NCBI GenBank assembly: GCA_028826165.1
Contig: JAPDFW010000060.1
Coordinates: 248,001-312,000 of the forward strand
Reading direction: 5' to 3'
Length of the DNA stretch: 64,000 nucleotides
Origin: Anaeramoeba ignava BMAN
Lineage: Eukaryota > Protista > Anaeramoebae
Position numbers and translations under genes: made by a program. Position 1 is the stretch's first letter. Every line of letters begins with the position of its first letter. The notes under the pieces were generated by a model, which was given only the letters and a program-made list of their open reading frames with translations, did no database searches and was not told the origin of the DNA. Positions 12,401 through 24,542 of the stretch are shown here, one piece after another.

Positions 12401-15304
12401 CCTCAAAAATTTCAGGACTTATCTATATTTTCAAGTAAAAGTAATGAAGAATTTGAAGAAGAAATTACGAAAGAAAAATGGAAAAAGTTAATAAGTGAGA
12501 TGTTCTTCCCAATAAATCAAAAAATTTCAGAAGATATCCAAGAAATTGAAAAAGAATTCATCAAAATTCAATCTCATAACGTTTTTTATATGAAAAAATT
12601 ATTTCGTAAACAAACTCAAGAAAAAGAAAATCAAATCCAAATAATTTCAGCAAATATCAAAAATCACAAACAAAATTTTATTGAAAAAGAGAAAGAGAGG
12701 AAATTCGAAACTGAGATTAATAAAAAAGCGAATTTACTTTATTTACAAAAATTCAAAAAAATGATTGAAAATTCAATTTTAAGAAAATATCCATGGAATT
12801 CTGAATTAGTAACTATCTTGGATCAAGATTTTGAAAATGAAAAAATTTCTGCTAAACTCACAGAAAGTGAAGATGAAATGAGAAGACAAAAGAAGTTAAA
12901 ATTTTACCCAAAACATGAAAATGATCAAAATGAAAATGAAGATGAAAATGAAGATGAAAATGAAAGAAAGAATTTGAGAGAATTAAATCAAATAATTGAA
13001 AGGAAAATTATTGAAATTTCAGACAAAGCCACAAAAAACCAAATTGAAAATCTGACACAAAAATCATTTCCCAAATGTGAGATGATTTCAAAAACCAAAA
13101 GAACAAATGGATTATTTGCGATCACAGAAAATTCAATTATTTTTTTTGATTTAAATCAAAAACAAACAACGAAAGATTATTCATGGAAAATTGGAATGAT
13201 TCAATCAATCCATAAAAGAAGAGTTAATTTCAAGCATTCAGCATTAGAAATATTTTTTGGAAACAGAAAATGTGTTCTTTTCAATTTCGTAACAATGGAA
13301 GAAAGAAATGAAATTTATGAGAAAATTGTAAATCACGAATCAGCAAATATTGATTTATCAAAATATAATTATTCAGGAAACGATCCAACAAAATGGGTTA
13401 ACAAAACACAAATGACTAAGAAATGGCAAGAAAGGAAAATAACAAATTTTGAGTATCTTATGTATTTAAACACGATATCAGGAAGAACATACCGAGATCT
13501 TTCCCAATATCCCGTTTTCCCATGGATCATATCAGATTATAAATCTGAAACACTGGATCTTAATAACCCAGAAATATTTCGAGATTTATCAAAACCTATT
13601 GGCGTATTAAATAACAAAATCATAACTTATATTGAAAAATACGAAGTCAAGGGGAAGGAAAAAGAATTCCAATTCAATTTCCAAAAAAACTATTCGAACC
13701 CAGGAATTGTTGCATATTATTTGATGCGATTAGAACCGTTTACAACAATTTGTTTAAAAGAAAGATATCCAATTTTAGTATCAATTCCAGAAACATGGAA
13801 AATGATCAAAGAGACGATTTATGATGATTTCAAAGAACTTACTCCAGAATTTTTTCATCTGCCAGATTTCTTAAGGAAAAGAACAATACTTAATCATGAT
13901 AATTTGGGACAAATCGGACAAGTGAAACTTCCAAAATGGGCAAAAACACCCGAAGAATTTATCCAAATGCACAAAGAGGCTCTTGAATCAGAATATGTTT
14001 CAGAGCATATTAATGAATGGATTGATTTGATATTTGGATATAAGCAAAGAGGATACGCCGCCAAAAAATCGAATAATCTATTTCATCCAAAACTATATGA
14101 AGAAAACGCTGATTTTTCCAAGTCGGAAGAAACAAGAAAAGAAATTCAACAAAACGGGCAAATTCCAATTCAATTATTTGTCAAAAAACATCCAAAAAGG
14201 TTTTCGAAAAAGGAACTCCAGAAACAAAAGCTCAGTTCTTTTTATGAATGGAAAGATATTTTATTCTCAAATATCTTTTTCAAATCATCAGTTTTCAAAT
14301 TAAATTCAAATCCGATCATATTTGCATGTTATTCTCAGACGAAAGATGATGCATTTGCGCAAAAACGGGATAAAATCATTGCAATAGATAAGGAACTTTT
14401 TATCAAAATAAACAACCTTTCCTTGAATACCTCTAAACCCAAAAAACCGAAATTCCATTTGAAAATTGAAAAGAAAACAAAAAATCAAATTGGAATTCCG
14501 TTTTCACAAGATTTTGGCAATTTCCAAGAATGTTTTGTAGTTGTTCAAAACTCGAAATATTTGATTTGTTGTGGATTCAGTGATTATACCTTCAAAATGT
14601 TTAATCTTGAAAATTACGAAATGATTCAAAGTATTTCAAGGCATAAAAATATTGTGAATTGTTTAGCAATTGATTGGAAATATCTTGTTAGCGGATCAAA
14701 AGATACAACAGTAATTGTTTGGAAAATTGATTTCAAAGAAGGAAAAGGAAAAGTGAGAGAAAAAACAGAACATGTTTTTTTTGAACATGAAAAAGAAGTG
14801 GAAAGTGTGGCAATATCAATTGAATACGATATTGTTTTAAGTGGCTCTGTTGATGGGAAGTTGATGTTCCATTCATTAAACAAAGGGAAATATATCCAAT
14901 CCATAATTTTATCCGATAAACAACCAATTTCAATTATTAAAATTTCAAAAGAAGGAAATATTATCACATTTTCAAGAAATTCTAATTCATTAAGATTATT
15001 TACAATCAATGGATATTTGCGAAAAGAAGTCAATTTTCCTCAAAATATTTATTCAATTTCAATTACTCAAGATTCAAATTTTATATTTTTAGGAGGAGAA
15101 AAAGGAACTCTTGAAATTCGAAAATTATTTGATTTAAAAACAATTCAAGAATTTGATTTACAAGAAAAAATTTATTCAATTTCAATTATTGAACAAGCAT
15201 TTTTAATTATTGTTGGATTAAGAAATGGAGAATTAAAAATGGGGAATTTCATTGAAAACAAAAACAAAAACAAAAACAAAACTAAAACTAAAACAGAAAA
15301 ATAA
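3417..15304 (+). CDS. BEACH-domain protein (neurobeachin/LRBA/Lvs-like; PH-BEACH-WD40) with N-terminal BTB/POZ domain and two ARM exons; 9 exons
   Basis: Exons 3417-4431, 4514-4648, 4732-4866, 4951-5009, 5088-5298, 5397-6116, 6200-6371, 6475-7640, 7736-15304. All introns are GT-AG and in frame, apart from one apparent 1-nt slip near 5920 in the QN tract. BTB motif SDFTIYCG..ISCHTFILQTQSKYF; BEACH motifs WQERKITNFEYLMYLNTISGRTYRDLSQYPVFPW and ALESEYVSEHINEWIDLIFGYKQRG; WD40 motif LVSGSKDTTVIVW. Confidence 0.8.
5399..5950 (+). repeat. Coding (caaaat/gaaaat)n hexamer tract encoding poly-QN/EN
   Basis: Direct hexamer repeat inside exon 6 of the BEACH gene. Similar tracts occur at 6684-6790, 8730-9295 and 9775-10100. 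Confidence 0.9.
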
Positions 15305-15377
15305 AATTATTTTTTCATTTTTCTTCTTCTTTTTGATTTGGCAAAAAAATTTAAATTTAAATTTCAAAAAAAAAACA

Positions 15378-16938
15378 ATGTCAAGTGGAGATGGAGAAGC
15401 TTTTGTTTGTTTAGTTATTGTTTTTTGTTGGTTAGCATTTGGATTTATTGGAGGTTTTATTTGGCTTGGAGTTGATCAAGCTTATGTTTCTAAATTTGAA
15501 AAAACAGATTGTAAAGTTGTTGATAAATATCTTGATGTAAACAACAAATAAAAAATAAATAAACATTAAATAAACAAGAAAATAAATTTTTTTTTTTAAA
15601 TTGAAAATTTTTTTTTTAAGTATACTGTTTATCAAAATAGTAATGATGATTGCTTTGGAGCTGATACTTTAAATTATATTTCTCGTTTTCAAGTTACTTA
15701 TTCTGCTGATGGAAATGATTATGAAGAAATATCTTGTTGGTTTGGTCAAGAATGTGAAACTTCAAGAGGAAAAAGTTGTTCTGTAATTTTAAATTCAAAA
15801 TTAAATTTAAAAATTCATTTACAAATCCAAAAATTGATAATATTTAAAAGATAAAAGGATGTAGTAGTGGAAGAAAAGAAGGAGTTTGTAGAAGATATAT
15901 TCATACAAAAAAAAGTGATTTTTATACAAAATTTGAAGTTGGAAAAACTTATGATTGTTGGTATTGGAAAGATGATCCAAGATATTCAACTTTAAAATTA
16001 GCAAAACCAAGTTATCTTTGGAGTTTATTTTTATGGATTCCTTCTGGATTATTTTGGATAATAGTTTTTATTTGTAATATTATTTTGGATTTTGGATTTT
16101 AATTTTAATTTTGATTTTAATTTTGATTTTGATTTTAATTTTAATTTTAATTTTAATTTTGATTTTGATTTTAATTTTGATTTTAATTTTGATTTTGATT
16201 TTGATTTTGATTTTGATTTGATTTTGATTTTGATTTTGATTTTGATTTTGATTTTGATTTTGATTTTGATTTTGATTTTGATTTTGATTTTGATTTTGAT
16301 TTTGATTTTGATTTTGATTTTGATTTTGATTTTGATTTTGATTTTGATTTGGTTTTAATTTTAATTTTGATTTTAATTTTAATTGGGAATTTTGAAAAAA
16401 AAAAGATTATTGTGGAGGTAATTTAGTAGATTGTTGTTCATGTAATTCTTCAAGTGAAGGATGTTTAGCAGCAGTTTTTTGTTGTAAATGTGGAAAAAGA
16501 AAAAGAACAACAAGAACATATAATTATGATTCAAAACCTCAAATACCAAAACCAATACCAAAAGAAACAACAAAAGAAGCAAAAGTAAAAGAAACTAAAA
16601 TATCTGATTCTGATTATGATTCAAGTTCAACTATTTCTTCTGATTCTTATTTTGATTCTGATTCTGAAAAAATGAGAATAAAAGAAGAACTTAGAAAAGC
16701 AAAAAAAATTGAAAAAGAAAATAATGAATTACCTTTACAAAATATTGATAGTCAAAAAGATATTACAATTAATTATGATTTTAAACCAGAATATCAAGAA
16801 AATCAAATAGAAACTATTGATTATGAATTAAAACCTGAAGATTCACAAAATCATATTGGACCTATTAATTATAATATTGGAAATATTGCACCTGATAATC
16901 AAGATCCAAATTCTAATCAACAAAACAAAGAATTTTAA
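15378..16938 (+). CDS. Two-TM protein with Cys-rich extracellular loop (KCNMB/BK-beta-like topology), tandem copy 1; 4 exons
   Basis: Exons 15378-15536, 15621-15782, 15851-16073, 16406-16938. TM1 VCLVIVFCWLAFGFIGGFIWLGV; loop FEKTDCKV...FEVGKTYDCWYWKDDP; TM2 LWSLFLWIPSGLFWIIVFI; Cys cluster CCSC..FCCKC. Confidence 0.8.
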
Positions 16939-17234
16939 TTTCCAATTTTTATTCAATTTAAATCTAATTTTAAATTTTTCATTCAATTTTTAATTTTTCA
17001 TTCAATTAAAATTTAAGTTTAATTGATTTCAATTTAATTTATTTTCATTCAATTTTTAAGATTTAATTTAGAAATATTTAAAATAGATTGTAAAAATTAT
17101 TTATTTAAATTAAAATTAGTTATTCCAAAAAAAAATGTAAAAAAAAAAAAAAAAAAGCAAAATTCATTTTTCTTCTTCTTTTCTTTTATTTTTAATTCAA
17201 TTCAATTCAATTCAAATTTAAATTTCAAAAAACA

Positions 17235-19450
17235 ATGTCAAATGATTCAGAAGGTGTTCTTTGTTTAGTTGTTATTTTTTGTTGGTTAGCATTTGGATTT
17301 ATTGGAGGTTTTATTTGGCTTGGAGTTGATCAAGCTTATGTTTCTGATTTTGAAAAAACAGATTGTAAAGTTGTTGATAAATATCTTGATGTAAACAACA
17401 AATAAAAAATAAATAAATCAACAAAAAAAATAAACAAACAATAAAAAAATGATTGATATATTTAAAATTATTTTTCTTAAGTATACTGTTTATAAAAATG
17501 GTGATGATGATTGTGTTGGAGCTGATACTTTAAATTATATTTCTCGTTTTCAAGTTACTTATTCTGCTGATGGAAATGATTATGAAGAAATGTCTTGTTG
17601 GTTTGGTCGTGAATGTGAAACTTCAAGAGGACATAAATGTTCTGTAATTTTAAATTCAAATTCAAATTCAAAATTCAAATTCATTTACAAATTAAAATTC
17701 AAATTAAAATTAAAATTAAAATTCAAATTCAAATTCAAATTCAAATTCATTTACAAATTAAAATTTAAATTCAAATTCAAATTCATTTACAAATTCAAAT
17801 TCAAATTCAAATTAAAATTCAAATTCAAATTCAAATTCAAATTCATTTACAAATTCATTTACAAATTCATTTACAAATTCATTTACAAATTCATTTACAA
17901 ATTCATTTACAAATTCATTTACAAATTAAAATTAAAATTAATTTACAAATTAAAATTCATTTACAAATTAAAATTCAAATTCAAATTCAAATTCAAATTC
18001 ATTTACAAATTAAAATTAAAATTCAAATTTAAATTAAAATTAAAATTCAAATCAAAATTAAAATTAAAATTAATTTACAAATTCAAATTAATTTACAAAT
18101 TCAAATTCAAATTCAAATTAAAATTTAAATTAAAATTCATTTACAAATTAAAATTCAAATTCAAATTCAAATTCAAATTCAAATTCAAATTAAAATTAAA
18201 ATTAAAATTCAAATTCAAATTCAAATTCATTTACAAATTCAAATTCAAATTAAAATTAAAATTCAAATTCATTTACAAATTAAAATTAAAATTAAAATTA
18301 AAATTCAAATTCAAATTAAAATTCAAATCAAAATTAAAATTAAAATTTAAATTTAAATTCAAATTCATTTACAAATTAAAATTCAAATTCATTTACAAAT
18401 TAAAATTCAAATTCATTTTAAAATTCAAATTCATTTACAAATTAAAATTAAAATTAAAATTCAAATTCATTTAAAAATTAAAATTAAAATTAAAATTAAA
18501 ATTCATTTACAAATTAAAATTCAAATTCAAATTTAAATTCATATTTATTTAAAAATTCAAAATCCATTTACAAATTCAAATTTAAAAACTCAAATTCAAA
18601 TTCCAAAAATTGATAATATTTAAAAGATACAAGGATGTAGTAGTGGAAGAAGAGAAGGAGTTTGTAGAAGATATATTCATACAAAAAAAAGTGATTTTTA
18701 TACAAAATTTGAAGTTGGAAAAAGTTATGATTGTTGGTATTGGAAAGATGATCCAAGATATTCAACTTTTAAATTAGCAAAACCAAGTTATCTTTGGAGT
18801 TTATTTTTATGGATTCCTTCTGGATTATTTTGGATAATAGTTTTTATTTGTAATATTATTTTTATTTTGGATTTTGATTTTGAATTTAATTTTGATTTGA
18901 ATTTTGAAAAAAAAAAGATTATTGTGGAGGTAATTTAGTAGATTGTTGTTCATGTAATTCTTCAAGTGAAGGATGTTTAGCAGCAGTTTTTTGTTGTAAA
19001 TGTGGAAAAAGAAAAAGAACAACAAGAACATATAATTATGATTCAAAACCTCAAATACCAAAACCAATACCAAAAGAAACAACAAAAGAAACTAAAGTAA
19101 AAGAAACTAAAATATCTGATTCTGATTATGATTCAAGTTCAACTATTTCTTCTGATTCTTATTTTGATTCTGATTCTGAAAAAATGAGAATAAAAGAAGA
19201 ACTTAAAAAAGCAAAAAAAATTGAAAAAGAAAATAATGAATTACCTTTACAAAATATTGATAGTCAAAAAGATATTACAATTAATTATGATTTTAAACCA
19301 GAATATCAAGAAAATCAAATAGAATCTATTGATTATGAATTAAAACCTGAAGATTCACAAAATCATATTGGACCTATTAATTATAATATTGGAAATATTG
19401 CACCTGATAATCAAGATCCAAATTCTAATCAACAAAACAAAGAATTTTAA
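17235..19450 (+). CDS. Two-TM Cys-rich protein, tandem copy 2
   Basis: Exons nearly identical to copy 1. Introns 17391-17480, 17644-18626, 18850-18917. Confidence 0.8.
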
Positions 19451-19745
19451 TTTTTCATTTTTATTCAATTTAAATCTAATTTTAAATTTTTCATTCAATT
19501 TTTAATTTTTCATTCAATTAAAATTTAAGCTTAATTTCCAAATTATTTATTTTCATTCAATTTTTAAGATTTAATTTATAAATATTTAAAATAGATTGTA
19601 AAAATTATTTATTCAAATTAAAATTAGTTATTCCAAAAAAAAATGTAAAAAAAAAAAAGGAAAAAAGCAAAATTCATTTTTCTTCTTTTTTTCTTTTATT
19701 TTGAATTCAATTCAATTCAAATTTAAATTTAAATTTCAAAAAACA

Positions 19746-21347
19746 ATGTCAAATGAAGTAGAAGATGTTCTTTGTTTAGTTGTTGTTTTTTGTTGGTTAG
19801 CATTTGGGTTTGTTGGAGGTTTTATTTGGCTTGGAGTTGATCAAGCTTATGTTTCTAAATTTGAAAAAACAGATTGTAAAGTTGTTGATAAATATCTTGA
19901 TGTAAACAAATAAATAAAAAATAAATAAATCAAAAAAAAAATAATTGATTTAATTTGGAATTTTTTTTTAATTTGGAATTTTTTTTTAATTTGGAATTTT
20001 TTTTTAATTTGGAATTTTTTTTTAAATTGAAATTTTTAGTATACTGTTTATCAAAAAAGTGATGATGATTGTGATGGAGCTGATACTTTAAATTATATTT
20101 CTAGTTTTCAAGTTACTTATTCTGCTGATGGAAATGATTATGAAGAAATGTCTTGTTGGTTTGGTCAAGAATGTGAAACTTCACAAGGAGATAGTTGTTC
20201 TGTAATTTTAAATTCAAATTCAAATTCAAAATTCAAATTAAAATTTCAATTCATTTACAAATTAAAATTCAAATTCATTTACAAATTAAAATTCAAATTC
20301 AAATTCATTTACAAATTCATTTACAAATTCATTTACAAATTAATTTACAAATTCAAATTCAAATTCAAATCAAAATTCAAATTAAAATTCAAATTCAAAT
20401 TTAAAAACTCAAATTCAAATTCCAAAAATTGATAATATTTAAAAGATACAAGGATGTAGTAGTGGAAGAAAAGAAGGAGTTTGTAGAAAATATATTAATA
20501 CACAAAAAAGTGATTTTTATACAAAATTTGAAGTTGGAAAAAGTTATGATTGTTGGTATTGGAAAGATGATCCAAGATATTCAACTTTAAAATTAGCAAA
20601 ACTAAGTTATCTTTGGAGTTTATTTTTATGGATTCCTTCTGGATTATTTTGGATAATAGTTTTTATTTGTAATATTATTTTTATTTTGGATTTTAATTTT
20701 GATTTTGATTTTGATTTTGATTTTAATTTTGATTTTAATTTTGATTTTGAATTTTTAATTTTGATTCAAAAAAAAAAGATTATTGTGGTGATAATTTAGA
20801 AAATTGTTGTTCATGTGATTGTGATTGTTCATGTGATTGTGATTGTACAGGATGTTTAGCAGCAGTTTTTTGTTGTAAATGTGGAAAAAGAAAAAGAACA
20901 ACAAGAACATATAATTATGATCCAAAACCTCAAATACCAAAACCAATACCAAAAGAAACAACAAAAGAAACCAAAGTAAAAGAAACTAAAATATCTGATT
21001 CTAATTATAAATCAATTTCAACCAATGAATTCGAAACTGAATTTGAAACTGAATACTTTTCTTATTCTGATTCTGAAAAAATGAGAATAAAAGAAGAACT
21101 TAGAAAAGCAGAAAAAATTGAAAAAGAAAATAATGAATTACCTTTACAAAATATTGATAGTCAAAAAGATATTACAACTAATTATGATTTTAAACCAGAA
21201 TATCAAGAAAATCAAATAGAATCTATTGATTATGAATTAAAACCTGAAGATTCACAAAATCATATTGGACCTATTAATTATAATATTGGAAATATTGCAC
21301 CTGATAATCAAGATCCAAATTCTAATCAACAAAACAAAGAATTTTAA
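19746..21347 (+). CDS. Two-TM Cys-rich protein, tandem copy 3
   Basis: Exons nearly identical to copies 1 and 2. Introns about 19902-20039, 20202-20445, 20669-20778. Cytoplasmic CCSCDCDCSCDCDC expansion. Confidence 0.8.
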
Positions 21348-21696
21348 TTTTTCAATTTTTCAATTTTTAATTCAATTTTTATTAAAATTTATTCAACATT
21401 TTTTAAATAGATTTTTTAAATATGTTATTGAAAAAAAAAATATTAAAAAACCGTTAAAAGTAAGTTTGATTTAATTTTGATTTAATTTAGATTTAATTTA
21501 GATTATTAAATTAGATTTTTTTAGATTATTAAAAAAAAGGAGAATTGAAAAAAAAATTTTTTTTGAAATAAATTAAAATCATTTTTTTAATTTTCATTTT
21601 TTTCATTTTTTTTTTTAACTTCTTAATTTTTTTTACCCTTTTTTGTTTTTTGTTTTTTCTTTTGTTTTCTTCTCTTTTATTGTGATTTTAATTATA

Positions 21697-24372
21697 ATGG
21701 GGAATTGTGGAGGAAATCCTGAAAAAGAAACTGATCGAGCAAAAGAAATTGATAAAAGACTTAATTTAGATAGAGCAAGAATTGAAAATGAGATTAAAGT
21801 TCTTTTACTTGGTAAATTTTTATTGATATTTTTTATTTTTATTTTTATTTTTATTATTAAAAAAAAAATAATTCAAAATAAATTGAAAACAAAATTATTC
21901 TAAATAAAATTAATATAATAATAATTTTCTTATTAAGTCTTATTGAAAATTTTTTTAATTTGAAAAGAAAAAAGAAAACAAATTTTAAATTCATTTTCAA
22001 TTTAATTTTTTTAATCAACAACTTCAAAAAAAAAAATATTTTTTTGATCTTTTAATTTCAAGATCTCTTTTAAAAATCAAAATTAAAATTCATTTACAAA
22101 TTAAAATTAAAATTAAAATTAAAATTAAAATTAAAATTCATTTATAAAATCAAAATTAAAATTAAAATTAAAATCAAAAATAAAATTAAAATTAAAATCA
22201 AAATTAAAATCAAAATTAAAATTAAAATTAAAATTAAAATTAAAATTAAAATTAAAATTAAAATTAAAATTAAAATTAAAATTCATTTATAAAATCAAAA
22301 TTAAAATTAAAATTAAAATTAAAATTAAAATTAAAATTAAAATCAAAATTAAAATTAAAATTAAAATTAAAATTAAAATTAAAATTCATTTATAAAATTA
22401 AAATTAAAATTAAAATTAAAATTAAAATCAAAATTAAAATTAAAATTAAAATTAAAATTAAAATCAAAATTAAAATTAAAATTAAAATCAAAATTAAAAT
22501 TCATTTATAAAATTAAAATTAAAAAGGATCTGGAGATTCTGGTAAAAGTACATTTTTAAAACAAATGAGAATACTTCATAATCAAAAGTATACAGAATCT
22601 GAAAAATTAGAATTTAAATCATTTATTTATGGAAATTTACTTCAAGATATGCGCTCTCTTACAAATGCAATGGATACATTTGAAATGACTGTTTCAAATC
22701 CAGATAATAATGTAAATATTTGATTACAAAATTGATTTAAAAATTGATTTAAAAATTTATTTAAAAATTGATTTAAGAATTGATTTATAAATAGATTTAA
22801 AAATTTATTTAAAAATTTATTTAAAAATTTATTTAAAAATTTATTTAAAAATTGATTTAAAAATAGATTTAAAAATTTATTTAAAAATTGATTTAAAAAT
22901 TTATTTAAAAATTTATTTAAAAATTTATTTAAAAATTTATTTAAAAATTTATTTAAGAATTGATTTATAAATTGATTTAGAAATTGATTTAAAAATTGAT
23001 TTAAAAATTGATTTAAAAATTGATTTAAAAATTGATTACAAAATTCATTTAAAAATTGATTTAAAAATTGATTACAAAATATTTAGGAAAAAGCAAAATA
23101 TTTTAAAAATCTTTCTTTAACAGATGATAATTATTCAACTCAAGTTCTTGAAGATATTCAAGCACTTTGGCAAGATCCAGCTATTAAAAAAACTTATGAA
23201 CGTTCTTCAGAATTTCAAATTAATGAATCAGCTGGATAGTAAAATTGATTTAAAAATTGATTTAAAAATTGATTTAAAAATTTATTTAAAAATTGATTTA
23301 AAAATTGTTTTATAAATTTATTTAAAAATTGATTTAAAAATTGATTTATAAATTTATTTAAAAATTGATTTAAAAATTGATTTAAAAATTGATTTAAAAA
23401 TTGATTTAAAAATTGATTTAAAAATTGATTTAAAAATTGATTTAAAAATTCATTTAAAAATTGATTTAAAAATTCATTTAAAAATTCATTTAAAAATTCA
23501 TTTAAAAATTCATTTAAAAATTCATTTAAAAATTCATTTTTTTTTGTTAGCTTTTTTGATAGAATGAATGAACTTGTAAAATCTGATTATATTCCATCTA
23601 TTGATGATATCCTTCATGTTAGAGTTAAAACAACAGGAATTACTGAAACTCAATTTTCATCAGATGATTTAACTTTTAGAATAGTTGATGTTGGAGGTCA
23701 AAGAAATGAAAGAAAGAAATGGTTTATATTTTTATATATATATATATTTTTTGTATTTTTTGATATTAATATTTATTGAAAAAAAAAATAATAATAATAG
23801 GATTCATTGCTTTCAAGTAAATGAAAAAATTTATTCCAAAAAAAAAAAATAAATGAAATTATTTATTGAAAATTTAAATTTAAAAAGGGAGTTTCAACTA
23901 TAATATTTTTAGTTGGAATAAGTGAATATGATCAAGTACTTGAAGAAGATGAACAACAAAATCGAATGGTTGAATCACTTTCTTTATTTGATGAAATTTC
24001 AAATAGTGATTTATTTCAAGACACAACAATTATTCTATTTTTGAATAAAATTGATATATTTGAAAAGAAAATCAAAAAAACTGATCTTTCTGTTTGTTTT
24101 CCAGAATATACTGGTGGTCCTAATTTTGAAAGTGCTCAAGAATTTATTAAACAAAAATTTATAGGAATTTCAAAAAATCCTTCTAAAAAAATTGTTTGTT
24201 ATCCAACTTGTGCTACAAATACAGAAAATATCAAAACTGTTTTTAAAAGTAAATTTTTAACTTAAACATTTAAAAAAAAAAAGATTTTGATTTTATTGTT
24301 TTTATTTTTATTTTTATTTTTTAAATAGCAATCAAAAATGAAATTTTGGATTCTGTTTTGGGAAAAAATTAA
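21697..24372 (+). CDS. Heterotrimeric G-protein alpha subunit; 7 exons
   Basis: Exons 21697-21811, 22527-22711, 23087-23238, 23551-23721, 23801-23816, 23888-24248, 24329-24372. MGNC acylation motif, [45 protein letters not shown]. Confidence 0.95.
22712..23550 (+). repeat. Intronic 12-mer (tttaaaaattga) minisatellite in G-alpha introns 2 and 3
   Basis: Tandem aaaaattgattt / aaaaatttattt units on both sides of exon 23087-23238. Confidence 0.85.
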
Positions 24373-24542
24373 GAACAAAAATTCTTTCATTCTTTTATTC
24401 ATTCTTTCTTTTATTCATTCTTTCATTCTTTCTTTTTAAAAAAAAAACTAAATGAAAAAGAAAAATTAAATCAATCTTTTTATTAATTATTATTAATTTT
24501 TATTTATTATTATTAATTTTTATTAATTATTATTAATTATTA

